Shown here piece after piece: positions 33,331-49,530 of a stretch of 64,000 bases of DNA (position 1 is the first letter of the stretch; every line of letters starts with the position of its first letter). The position numbers and the translations under genes are program-made. The stretch lies in NCBI RefSeq assembly GCF_009914755.1, contig NC_060925.1; one strand, 5' to 3'. The notes under the pieces were generated by a model. The model was not told where the DNA came from. It saw only the letters and a program-made list of their open reading frames with translations, and made no database searches. The DNA is from the human T2T-CHM13v2.0 reference genome, Homo sapiens.

Positions 33331-33544
33331 TAATGGTAAATATTGAATAGTTCTTACACTGCTAAGTGAAGAAAATTTTGGAACATTTCTTACATGTATC
33401 TCCAGATGCAGCCTACCACTCCTCTTCCTCTCTCTATACTCCACTTTCCCTCTGTGAGCTCATCCCAACTCCTTTGTGCCCATTACTTGGTTCAGTTGTG
33501 AATTTTCAGCTTAGACTCCAAATGTCTAAAACTAAACTCATAAT

Positions 33545-33936
<392 letters not shown>

Positions 33937-34216
33937 TGAAACTGAAAAACCATTCTTTTATGGCTTTAGAAGTCAGTGATTTAATGATGCTCTTCCTAAT
34001 GGTGGTGTGCATGGAAAAGTTTTTATTAAAGAGCATATGTGGTTTGAATTTGCAAGATGCAAATATCACAGACTCCAAGAAAACCTAAAAAAATAAATAA
34101 ATTAATAAACCCACAACATCCTGAACTGGTGCCACCTAACTTCTTTCTGTTTTTTCCTTTTACTTTTTATAAAGCTACATCAATTCTAAATGTGTCCATT
34201 AGATCAAATTTGTTCA

Positions 34217-34312
34217 GGCTGGTCTGAGTGCAGTGGTGTTTACAACTAACTGATCACAGACAGTTACAGATTCTTTTGTTCCTTCTCCACTCCCACTGCT
34301 TCACTTTAGCCT
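34217..34312 (+). pseudogene. RNY3: Y3 RNA (RNY3) retrocopy, full length
   Basis: ggctggtctgagtgcagtggtgtttacaact...ccttctccactcccactgcttcactttagcct plus A tail. Matches hY3 with a 3-nt deletion in the 3' stem. Confidence 0.93.
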
Positions 34313-34998
34313 AAAGAAAAAAATTGATTTTATGTTGTCCATATTATTATATACTTGCTGAGTTTTGTCTTTGATCAGTTTTATGATTTATGTTAAAAAT
34401 TTCCTACTGTAATTGTGGGATTTTCAATTTCTTATTGTAATGCTGCCAATTTTTCTTTGCATATTTTGAGGTTATCTCTTTCTGATGAATTGATCCTCTT
34501 TACTGCTAGTGAGACTTTCTGCCTAAAAGTTTGTTTTGTCATATATTAATACTGCTAGACCAGCTTTTTGTTGTTATTAGTATTTTTTCTTTGCTTTTTC
34601 ATCAACCATTTGGAGTCATTATTTTCTTTAGCTAGATTTTATCTATCCAATCAGACAATTTGTTTTTTGCTTGATAAGTAAAACAATTTATATATATATA
34701 TATTTTTTTTATTATACTTTAAATTTTAGGGTACATGTGCACATTGTGCAGGTTAGTTACATATGTATACATGTGCCATGCTGGTGCGCTGCACCCACTA
34801 ACTCGTCATCTAGCATTAGGTATATCTCCCAATGCTATCCCTCCCCCCTCCACCCACCCCACAACAGTCCCCAGAGTGTGATATTCCCCTTCCTGTGTCC
34901 ATGTGATCTCATTGTTCAATTCCCACCTATGAGTGAGAATATGCGGTGTTTGGTTTTTTGTTCTTGCGATAGTTTACTGAGAATGATGATTTCCAATT

Positions 34999-38725
<3,727 letters not shown>

Positions 38726-38788
38726 TATGATGTTAGCTGGTGATTTTGCTCATTAGTTGATGCAGTTTCTTCCTAGTCTTGATGGTCT

Positions 38789-39805
38789 TTACATTTTGGC
38801 ATGATTTTGCAGCGGCTGGTACCGGTTGTTCGTTTCCATGTTTAGCGCTTCCTTCAGGAGCTCTTTTAGGGCAGGCCTGGTGATGACAAAATCTCTCAGC
38901 ATTTGCTTGTCTGTAAAGTATTTTATTTCTCCTTCGCTTATGAAGCTTAGTTTGGCTGGATATGAAATTCTGGGTTGAAAATTCTTTTCTTTAAGAATGT
39001 TGAATATTGGCCCCCACTCTCTTCTGGCTTGTAGGGTTTCTGCCGAGAGATCCGCTGTTAGTCTGATGGGCTTCCCTTTGTGGGTAACCCGACCTTTCTC
39101 TCTGGCTGCCCTTAACATTTTTTCCTTCATTTCAAGTTTGGTGAATCTGACAATTATGTGTCTTGGAGTTGCTCTTCTCGAGGAGTATCTTTGTGGCATT
39201 CTCTGTATTTCCTGAATCTGAATGTTGGCCTGCCTTGCTAGATTGGGGAAGTTCTCCTGGATAATATCCTGCAGAGTGTTTTCCAACTTGGTTCCATTCT
39301 CCCCATCACTTTCAGGTACACCAATCAGACGTAGATTTGGTCTTTTCACATAGTCCCATATTTCCTGGAGGCTTTGCTCATTTCTTTTTATTCTTTTTTC
39401 TCTAAACTTGCCTTCTCGCTTCATTTCATTCATTTCATCTTCCATTGCTGATACCCTTTCTTCCAGTTGATCGCATCGGCTCCTGAGGCTTCTGCATTCT
39501 TCACGTAGTTCTCGAGCCTTGGTTTTCAGCTCCATCAGCTCCTTTAAGCACTTCTCTGTATTGGTTATTCTAGTTATACATTCTTTTAAATTTTTTTCAA
39601 AGTTTTCAACTTCTTTGCCTTTGGTTTGAATGTCCTCCCGTAGCTCAGAGTAATTTGATCGTCTGAAGCGTTCTTTTCTCAGCTCGTCAAAGTCATTCTC
39701 CATCCAGCTTTGTTCCATTGCTGGTGAGGAACTGCGTTCCTTTGGAAGAGGAGAGGTGCTCTGCTTTTTAGAGTTTCCAGTTTTTCTGTTCTGTTTTTTC
39801 CCCAT
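38789..39805 (-). CDS. L1 ORF1p, intact 338 aa
   Basis: Full-length ORF MGKKQNRK...NHAKM with the REKG, ARR and YPAKLS motifs. Confidence 0.93.
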   Translation of the reverse strand: MGKKQNRKTGNSKKQSTSPLPKERSSSPAMEQSWMENDFDELRKERFRRSNYSELREDIQTKGKEVENFEKNLKECITRITNTEKCLKELMELKTKARELREECRSLRSRCDQLEERVSAMEDEMNEMKREGKFREKRIKRNEQSLQEIWDYVKRPNLRLIGVPESDGENGTKLENTLQDIIQENFPNLARQANIQIQEIQRMPQRYSSRRATPRHIIVRFTKLEMKEKMLRAAREKGRVTHKGKPIRLTADLSAETLQARREWGPIFNILKEKNFQPRISYPAKLSFISEGEIKYFTDKQMLRDFVITRPALKELLKEALNMETNNRYQPLQNHAKM

Positions 39806-40708
39806 CTTTGTGGTTTTATTTACTTTTGGTCTTTGATGATGGTGATGTACAGATGGGTTTTTGATGTGGCTGTCCTTTCTGCTTGTTAGTTTTCCTTCTA
39901 ACAGACAGGACCCTCAGCTTCAGGTGTGTTGGAATACCCTGCCGTGTGAGGTGTCAGTGTGCCCCTGCTGGGGGGTGCCTCCCAGTTAGGCTGCTCGGGG
40001 GTCAGGTGTCAGGGACCCACTTGAGGAGGCAGTCTGCCCGTTCTCATATCTCCAGCTGTGTGCTGGGAGAACCACTGCTCTCTTCAAAGCTGTCAGACAG
40101 GGACATTTAAGTCTGCAGAGGTTACTGCTGTCTTTTTGTTTGTCTGTGCCCTGCCCCCAGAGGTGGAGCCTACAGAGGCAGGCAGGCCTCCTTGAGCTGT
40201 GGTGGGCTCCACCCAGTTCGAGCTTCCTGGCTGCTTTGTTTACCTAAGCAAGCCTGGGCAATGGAGGGCGCCCCTCCCCCAGCCTCGCTGCCGCCTTGCA
40301 GTTTGATCTCAGACTGCTGTGCTAGCAATCAGCGAGACTCCGTGGGCGTAGGACCCTCCGAGCCAGGTGCGGGATATAATCTCGTGGTGCGCCGTTTTTT
40401 AAGCCGGTCGGAAAAGCGCAGTATTCGGGTGGGAGTGACCCGATTTTCCAGGCGCGTCTGTCACCCCTTTCTTTGACTCGGAAAGGGAACTCCCTGACCC
40501 CTTGCGCTTCCCAAGTGAGGCAATGCCTCGCCCTGCTTCGGCTCGCACATGGTGCGCGCACCCACTGACCTGTGCCCACTGTCTGGCACTCCCTAGTGAG
40601 ATGAACCTGGTATCTCAGATGGAAATGCAGAAATCACCGCCTTCTGCGTCGCTCACGCTGGTAGCTGTAGACCAGAGCTGTTCCTATTCGGCCATCTTGG
40701 CTCCTGTC
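39806..40708. promoter_or_regulatory. L1 5'UTR internal sense promoter (firing on -) and antisense promoter (firing on +, the SWT1 direction)
   Basis: Complete CpG-retaining 5'UTR. Bidirectional promoter activity is established for young primate L1s but not shown for this copy. Confidence 0.65.
40261..40476 (+). CDS. L1 ORF0 (antisense ORF in the 5'UTR), intact 71 aa
   Basis: ATG at 40261: MEGAPPPASLPPCSLISDCCASNQRDSVGVGPSEPGAGYNLVVRRFLSRSEKRSIRVGVTRFSRRVCHPFL*, the known primate L1 ORF0. Expression at this locus is unproven. Confidence 0.8.
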   Translation: MEGAPPPASLPPCSLISDCCASNQRDSVGVGPSEPGAGYNLVVRRFLSRSEKRSIRVGVTRFSRRVCHPFL

Positions 40709-40816
40709 CAATTTATATATTTTTTATTGTGATTATTGGTATATTGTATTTGGACTAATTTCTATCATTTAAAAAATCTTTCCTCTTGTTTTTGTTTTAT
40801 TATTTTATTTTTTTTT

Positions 40817-40919
40817 AAGTCCAGTCAAGTGAAGCAGTGGGAGTGGAGAAAGAACAAAGAAATCTGTTGTAACTGGTTGTGGTCAATTAGTTGTAAATGC
40901 CACTACACTTGGATCAGCC
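40817..40919 (-). pseudogene. RNY3: Y3 RNA retrocopy, full length
   Basis: Reverse complement matches hY3. A-rich tail at 40788-40816 and TSD tctttcctctt at 40777 and 40922. Confidence 0.93.
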
Positions 40920-43904
40920 TGTCTTTCCTCTTTATCATACTTTTTCTTTGTTCTTTTTGCCTTTTATTGGATTGGGCAAGACATACTGTTGTTAGTTTTT
41001 CTAATTCTCCTTTTTATCTCTCTACTAGTTCGGAGGTTGTACCTTTTATTTCTATTTCATTATTATTGTTATTCTTAACGTAATAAATGTGTACTTGATT
41101 TATAAAGTCTGAAGTGTCAGTATTATTCAGATCCTGAATATAGCAAGGATCTTAGAACACTTTGAGTTCTGATCTCCATCCTCTCATCTTTCCTCTCCTT
41201 ATTTTCTAACATTATATAATGTTCCATGTTGTTTTAAATCACCACTCCAAATTATTTGTTACTATATAACACAGTTTTTGTTGTGTTTAGCTTTATCATG
41301 CTTATTTATCATGCTTTATTAGTTTTTTAAAAATTTCCATTGCTTCCTTCATTTTACTCATTTTCTGGGATTCAGCTTTCTATTTAATGAAGCAAAATTT
41401 TAGTAGTTCTTTCAGTGAAGATCTTTTAATGGTAAATATACTGACGTGTTTTTATTTTGCTTTCATTCTTGATTGATAATTTTGCTGGCTATGGATTCTA
41501 GATTGACTATTATTTTCCCTAAGTAGTTTGAAAATATAATTTTATTATCTTCTGTCCTCTTGGAAATGGGAAGTCTGCTGTCAACATGTTGCTTTTTTTG
41601 CTAGCTAATGCCTTTTTTTTCTCCTGAATGCTTTCAAGATTTTTCTCTGTATGTTTTGTGTTTACAATTCTATCATAATATATCTGGGTATGGATTTTGT
41701 TTTGCTTATCTCTCTTGAGATGTGGTATGCTTTTTTCAGTCTGAAGACATATCTTCAGTTCTGGAAATTCTCACTCCTCACCTCTCCAAATAGTGCCTCT
41801 CTACCATTCTCCTTAGTTCTCTTATATGGAATTCCTATTCCTGGCTCTCGTCATTCTATCAGCCATATCTCTTGACTGTTATTTTATTTTTTCCATCTCT
41901 TTTATTCTTTGATGTTGCCTTCTGAATAATTTCCTCAGACTTATTTTCTGATTCACTAAATCTCTTCCCAATTAAAATTTTTTGATCACTTAAAATGTAC
42001 ATAATACCTTTATGTTACTTTAAAATAAAAGGTGAAAGTTTTTCTTTTCACCCTTTTTACCTCAACTCCCTGTTCTCCTCCTCAAAGTCAGCCAATATTA
42101 ATCAATTTCGTGTGCTGCCTTTCTCTTGTTTATGTTAACTGTTTTAAAGACAGACTGGCCTGGAAGCTCTTTAATGGAAAGAACTATTTTGCTTTTTGAT
42201 ATATTGCCATCTCTCATAGGAGTTAACATACAATCAGCAATCAATAGGTGCAGGAATAAATAGAGAGGAAGAAACTACGTGGTCATTTGAATCTTCATAC
42301 CATAATTGCATAGTCATAGGTACAGAGTTTAGTCCCCAGATTTGCAAGTTTAGGAATTTTATTTTACCAGTTTACTGAGAACTTAGATTCACAATAATCA
42401 GATTTGAACAAAATGAGGCTGATACATCAGAATGCCCACTTACTTTTATGTTGAGATCAGTAACTGTCAACTGAATCAAAATATTTATAAATTGAGTGAC
42501 TCCTAGAGGGAAATTTACACTGCAAACTAGATTACTATCAAAGTTTTCTTGCTGACTCCTGGGGACATTGACCTTAAGCTAAAGTACTCTCTTTTCTACT
42601 CTAAAGCTTTATTTGCCAAATAGGGCAGACTTTTCCCTCTATAGGGAAATTCTTGTTCTTGAATCCCTTTATCTGTTTAGACCACTTACTTCTTGTCAAT
42701 TATGTCAGCATAATAAAGTTATCTAAAAATACTGAAACACAATTGGACAGATTTCAAGATTATTTATAGTACTTACATTACATTCATATTTCCCTAAAGA
42801 GAGATACCCTGATGACCTTGATTAGAACTGGATGGTCACTAAGGTTCTATCAGCAGTACGTTTGCAAACCATCTCTTAGGGTGGGTATTAATCTAATCTG
42901 TTATATAGCAAGAGTCATGGGTGAGTACTTTAGAAATGCCTTGGAACTCACAAAGCATACTTGTTATTTTTAAGCTTAGGATGGGAAAGGAAAACAATGG
43001 TTATTTATTTTAGAGGATGAGTGCACATGATGGCTTAGGTGGTACCAAATAGATAAGGGAAATCATCCTTAAGCCCAAGGGGCAACTGTGATGCCAGAAA
43101 TTTGAGGTAAAAACCAGGAAGGAGTCTAGAAAACACTGGAAAGGATTGGAGAACAAAGGATAAGGGTAGGTACAGGATGAGAGAACCCAAGACATTTATC
43201 TTTAAATGGTGCTAGAGTACTCATGCTTTTCTTTTACTGGTCAATGGCTGTGCAGTGTAGATAAATTAGTCCAGTTTAATACTACAGAACTGTAAATGAG
43301 GATTGAAGAGGAGGAGCAGAAGGAAATGTTCATAAGACTAGCATCACAAATGTCAAGGAAGGAATAAGTTCCAAAAGAAAATGAATCTTTAACATCATCA
43401 TGCTACTACTGAGAGGCCAAATAAGATATGGTTTAAAAGTGTCCATTAGATTGAAAAGCACAGAAGTCATTGGTGAATTTGGCGGTGGCAGTTTCATGAG
43501 AATGTTGGGGCAAATGTTAGATAGTAGGCTAAGGAGTGACTTGGAGGTAAGGAAGTAAAAATAGTAAAAGAATGTAATTGTAGCTAGAGGAGATCACAAG
43601 GTCAAGTGAAAGGGTTGTGTTTATGAATATGTGTATTAGACTTCCTTGGAAAAACAAAGAGTCAAGTCAGTAGTATAAATGTTTCTTAGATTATACATGA
43701 AAAGATAAAACCATTCATAATAATATAAATACCAGAGCAAAAGTGATTCTGTAATAATCACATGACACATGACAAATAATGACACATGAAATTTTTCTTG
43801 ACTCTTTCCCCACAGTAATTCTACAAAGTCTTTGGTTCCTCAAAAACCTCCTTATTTTTTTGATCACGGTTTTCCTTCCTTAAAATAATGTTAATATTTA
43901 AAAT

Positions 43905-44640
43905 TTTTAATTGTGGGAAAATGCATATAACTTACAGTTTATCTTCTTAACCATTTTTAAGTATACGGTTTAGTGGCATTGAGAACATTCCTGCTCTTGT
44001 GCTGCTGTCACCACTATCTATCCACAGAATTCTTTTCATCTCGTAAAACTGAAACTCTGTACCCATTATATTAACTCCCCAGTTTTCCATCCCCTTCAGC
44101 CCTTGACAACCACCTGAATTTGACTACTTTAGGTACCTAATATGAGTAAAATCATACACTATTTGTCCTTTTGTGACTGGCTTATTACACTTAGTGTAAT
44201 GTTTTAAATATTCATCTATGTTGTGGCATGTGTCAGAATTTCCTTCCTTTTTAAAGCATAATATATTCCATTATATGTGTATACCACATTTTTCCCCATT
44301 CATGCATCAGTGGACCCTTAGTTTGCTTCCACCCCTTGGCTATTGTGAATAATGCTGCTATGAACATGGATGAACAAATACCTATTTGAGTCTTTGCTTT
44401 TAATTTTTTAGGTGTATAGCCAGAAGTACACTGGACCGTATGGTAATCCTATTTTTAATATTGTCAGGAACTACCATACTGTTTTTCATCACAGCTGGCT
44501 GTACATTTTAATTCCCAACAAGAGTGCACAAGGGTTCCAATTTCTCCACATCCTCACCAATGCCTGTGATTTTCTGCTTTTTTTTTTTTTTTAAATAGTA
44601 GTCATCCTAATGGATTTTGGGGTAGTATGTTGTGATTTGG
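43905..44640 (-). mobile_element. L1MB 3' region
   Basis: Typical antisense L1MB 3'UTR and ORF2 end. Confidence 0.75.
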
Positions 44641-45453
44641 TTTGTCCTGTTTTTATTAAAAGTCTAATATACAAAACTGTGCACTTTCAAAGTTGATCAA
44701 TTAAATGTGTATAATAAAAGGATTTTTCTTATGCTTCAAAGTTTTTTTCCTCAAGGTTCTTATAAATAGAGCATTTCTTTAATGTTGTTGATCTATTGTC
44801 AAAAGTCTCTGCATCTAGTGAGGTATGCTTGTAATGAGGCAGTAATAGGCTTGTGTCTCAGCCTTGATTGGGTATATTGAGATCTTAATGGCAGTATGAG
44901 TAAATGGTGGGAGGATACGATCTTTTGTTTCTTTTACTCTCAGCTCTTCAGTTGCTCCTTCCTTGTTAACGAGAGTGATCCTATTTGTCATATTACAGTG
45001 GAAAAATAGTAGATACCTGATAGTGAGGTAAGATTAATCAGTTGGAGAAGAACATTCATAAAGTATTTGGAGAATCATTAGGTATTGTGTAGATTTAGCT
45101 GGCAGTATCTGGTTTCATAGAGGGCACAGGATTCATTGAGGACCTGTTTGAACCTCACAGGAGCCTCACTAAGTAGAAAAATGAACCCGTTTGTCATACT
45201 TGTTTCTGGCTCCCTTTAGTACATTGTTAACCCTGATCATAGAACTGGCCTCCAGCAGTACCAGCATCCCAAGTACTAAGATTATCATCCAAGGAAGCAT
45301 AATGCTAGAAAGCAAAGCAAAGAAAGTATTTAACAACTAACTACTCAGTGAATTCCACATCATTCCCATATTCTGGGGAATGTTCCATCTTGCTTCTAAT
45401 CATGAGGTACATGGCTCCCCAAAGCTGGGCCACCAGTATCTGTGGATGGCAGC

Positions 45454-46169
45454 TGAATGTTAGTTAGCTAGAGCCACCATAACAAAATACCACAGACTGA
45501 GTGGCTTAAACAACAGATGTTTTATTTTCTTATAGTTCTAGAAACTGAAGTCCAGGATCAAGGTGCTGGCAGGGTTGGTTTCCTCTGAGGCCTCCCTCCT
45601 TAGCTTGTGCTTGTGTGCTTGGCTGACTCTTCATGTGATTGTTCTGTGCACATGTATCCTTGGTGTCACTTTGTCCAAATTTCTTCTTTCTTTTTTTTTT
45701 TTTTTTTGAGAGAGGGTCTCACTCCCTGTGCCCAGGCTGGAGTGCAGTGGCATGATCTTGGCTCACTGCAGCCTCAACCTCCCCAAGCTCAGGTGATTCT
45801 CCTACCTCAGCCTCCTGAGTAGCTGGGAATACAGGCGTGTGCCGTCATCCTGGGTGATTTTTGTATTTTTTGTAGAGACGGGGTTTCACCATGTTGCCCA
45901 GGCTGGTCTGGAACTCCTGGGCTCAAGTGATTCACCCGCCTCAGCCTTCTGAAGTGCTGGCATTACAGGCATGAGCCATGGTGCCAGCCCCAAATTTTCT
46001 CTTCTTATTAGGACACTATTCAGATTGTATTAGGGCTCATGCCAATGGCTTCATTTACTCTAAATTACCTCTTTAAAGCCCTTATCTCCTAATATATCCA
46101 CATTCTGCAGTACTGGAGGTTAGGGCTTCAACATACACATTTTTGGAGAACACAATTCACCCCATAACA
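45454..46169 (-). mobile_element. MLT1A/B solo LTR with nested antisense AluJ (45686-45990)
   Basis: MLT1A-type termini and 5-bp TSD gcagc/acagc. Confidence 0.8.
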
Positions 46170-46709
46170 ACAGCCAATACCCAGTAACAAAAAAAAAAGT
46201 GCTGGATTTGAGGAAACTCAGAGTGTTGTGATGAACTCTTGGGGTGCACTGTGGTTGGTGTTTTTCAGAATTTCCTGAATAATGAAGTTAGGATCCCATG
46301 GTCCCCCGGCCTAACTTTACCAGCTCATCTCAGATCACTTTGCCAAAAATGTCTCTTTAGTCATGAATGAGGATCCATCCATTGCTTGGCTAGTATATCA
46401 CAGAAGAGGCTTGAAAACACCTTATCTACACGGACTCACTAGCTAAGATAAGAATATGCTGTTTTGTAGACAGAGTTTTAAAATTTTTTGAAGGTGGTTT
46501 CAACTGAACACTAAACCTAATTAACGAGATGGATTTTTGATAACACAAGCTGTCTTTTCATCAGTCAGAGATTTTCAGATATTTCCAGTCCACTTCTCAT
46601 GACTTTTCTAACAATAAATTGTGGCATTGATTTCAGCTCCCATAGATTGACCCAAAGTCACATAAAGATGAAACTGGGACTAGAATTTTACATCTTTTAC
46701 CCTGGCAGA

Positions 46710-46867
46710 AGATTGTATTAGGGCCCATGCCAATGGCTTCATTTACTCTAAATTACCTCTGTAAAGCCCTTATCTCCAAATATATCCATATCCTGGGGTA
46801 CTGGAGATAAGGGCTTCAACATATTGATATTGGAGGAACACACTTCAGTCCATAACAACAGCCACTA
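46710..46867 (+). repeat. Local ~155-bp duplicate of 46022-46179 (MLT1 LTR end plus flank)
   Basis: Near-identical direct repeat about 690 bp downstream. Confidence 0.9.
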
Positions 46868-48923
46868 TCACAACTAAGCAAATTTCAGTAATATGGCTGC
46901 AGCTGATTATCAGAATATCACCTTTTACTTCTGAGTGTGCTCCTGGATTCTGGTAATGTGAAACGGTCTCTCCTCATTTAGTTGGTAGCCAGTGGGTAGG
47001 GCATAGTCCCTGTGTTCCCTCCTGTCCAGAAAATATTTTACAGACTGGGTTCTCTACTAATAACAATCATGGTTTTGTTCACATTTGGCGCCTCTTTTTT
47101 TTTTTAACCTTATTTACAATAATCAATAGGGATGAAAAGTGTAGTTAAGTATATAGTAGACATCTTTTGCTTTTCATTTTTCTTGATTTCTCCTATTGAT
47201 GTTTATTGTCAATATCAGGACTAAGGAGAGAAGACCATTACCGTTCATATGGATGACATAAAAGTTCACTGCTGGAGATGCCTTATGAGAAGAGAACAAG
47301 TCCCCAAACAGCTTGAATTGAATGTTCATTTGGTTCCTAGTTGACAAGCTATGTGATAATTTGTGGTGTTTTCAAAGATAAGAAATAGAATAATAATAGT
47401 AGTAGCTAATATTTTATTGGGCCAAGAATTTTTCCAAGTATGTTACCTATGTTAACTCATTTAATCATCTTAATATGCCTGTGACATAAGTACTATTGTT
47501 GTCCCTGTTTTACAAATGAGAAACTAAACATAGAGAGGTAAAATAAGTTATCTGATATCACTTAGCTGGAAAGCGGTAAACCTCTTATTTGAACTCTGGC
47601 TGGCTGACTCCAGAGAGACTGTGATCACAACCATTATATTATTATGTTTCAATGCTAATGAAGAAAATACAGGAGAGGAGTAGGCTGGTGACCCAAGATA
47701 AAAGACAGGATTAGTTGAAAATTTTATGGTGTAGATTGTGTTTTAATCCTTCTGCAAAATTAACAGAAAGCTGTAGTATTTATTAGTATATTCTAATTGT
47801 ATGTATGTTTATGTCTAACAAACATGTAAGACATATAATCTATTCTTTTAACAATCAAAATGATATTTTCCTACTCTAGAATTGCTTTAAGTTAAATCTG
47901 AAACATAGTCATTAAAATTACCTATAAACTCTTCCTATTCCCACCACCAACTTAAAAAATAAAAGATTTCTAGTATTCTGAATAGATCAAATTTTAATTC
48001 TGAACTTTGTCCAAACTTTTATCAAAAGTTTTTATGTTTAATAGTTATATGTAATTAGTATAGTTAACCTATATGTATTTATTATAGTGAGCTTGCAAAT
48101 TTTTATCTCTGAAGGGAAAATAGGAACATAAAATTTTAGCAATTAATTTTGCTTAAATTGTTTAATTGTTCTTTCACCATTTTAACTATATATGGCATTT
48201 TTTTCAAAATCTAGGACTGATGGCTAGCTCTCATTTGCATAGCTGATTTTCCAAATTAACTATAGAAAACGTATAATTTTAGTTTTACTTGTAATAAATA
48301 ATCCCCCCCAAACGTGCTCTAAGATCCAAGACTTTTTTTCCTTAGTGTTTCCTCATTGTGGATTTGATACATTTTCACCGAGTTTATCAATAACATAACT
48401 TAAATTCATCATCAGCAAAATCCAATTTGATAATATCGTTCAGACATGTCACTGTATTAAAATGAGAAGCACAGAGCTTTGAGCCTCCAGAGTGGTCTGA
48501 AGTTGAATTCTGCTTCCATCCATTCACCAGCTTTGTTACCTAGATAGGTTAATTAGCCTTTTTTGTGTTTGTTTCCTAATATGGAGTTAAAACAGTTGCT
48601 TTATTAAGCTATAGAGATCAAAGGAGATAGCATTTATTCAGTCCCTTGTATTTAGTGGATGCTCGATAAATGATTTTGTTATCCTCAATAACAATGTAAG
48701 TGGTTCATAATATTTAAACCTTGACTCATTTATTAGCTATAGAGAATATAAAAGTGAATTTTTAATATAATATTATAAACATTTCCACTTCTTGCAATTC
48801 CTTTTAAAACTTTTTTTCACACTCTCTACAACTGTTTTAAATATTATATTAATATAAAACATTGTCTTGCCAGAAGGGACCACAATTTATTCAGTTCTGT
48901 GGGTTGTAAGTCATTATTTATAA

Positions 48924-49267
<344 letters not shown>

Positions 49268-49465
49268 TTAGAATTAAATATTAAACTGGAATATTTTAGA
49301 TTTCTTTCCTTGTTCCTGAATCTGCAACTTTATTTTTCCTAAATAGGAGATAAGTTTTATTTGAATTTTTAAAATTCAAATTGAAAATTTAGTCCATTTT
49401 AATTCATCATTTAAAAATTTCATCAGATTATTCTGTTTTGTCTCTAAAAACTTGAGTGGCGGTTT

Positions 49466-49530
49466 ATCACAACCAGTTACAGATTTCTTTGTTCCTTCTC
49501 CACTCCCACTGCTTCCTTTGACTGGCATTT
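49466..49530 (+). pseudogene. RNY3: Y3 RNA retrocopy, 5'-truncated
   Basis: atcacaaccagttacagatttctttgttccttctccactcccactgcttc is the hY3 3' part. TSD aaa(a/c)cttgagtggc at 49447 and 49549. Confidence 0.9.

Noticed and set aside
34217-34312. Functional Y3 RNA gene
   Set aside because: A tail instead of an oligo-T terminator, damaged Ro60-binding stem, and no recognisable upstream type-3 Pol III promoter.
45454-46867. Two-LTR MaLR provirus
   Set aside because: The first LTR has its own TSD, and the second copy is partial and duplicates the same flank, so local duplication fits better.
44760-47080. Additional host exon or unknown gene in the balanced-GC stretch around the MLT1 LTR
   Set aside because: No open frame with credible splice sites, and exons B and C already join in frame. 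Probably an old repeat I cannot name.
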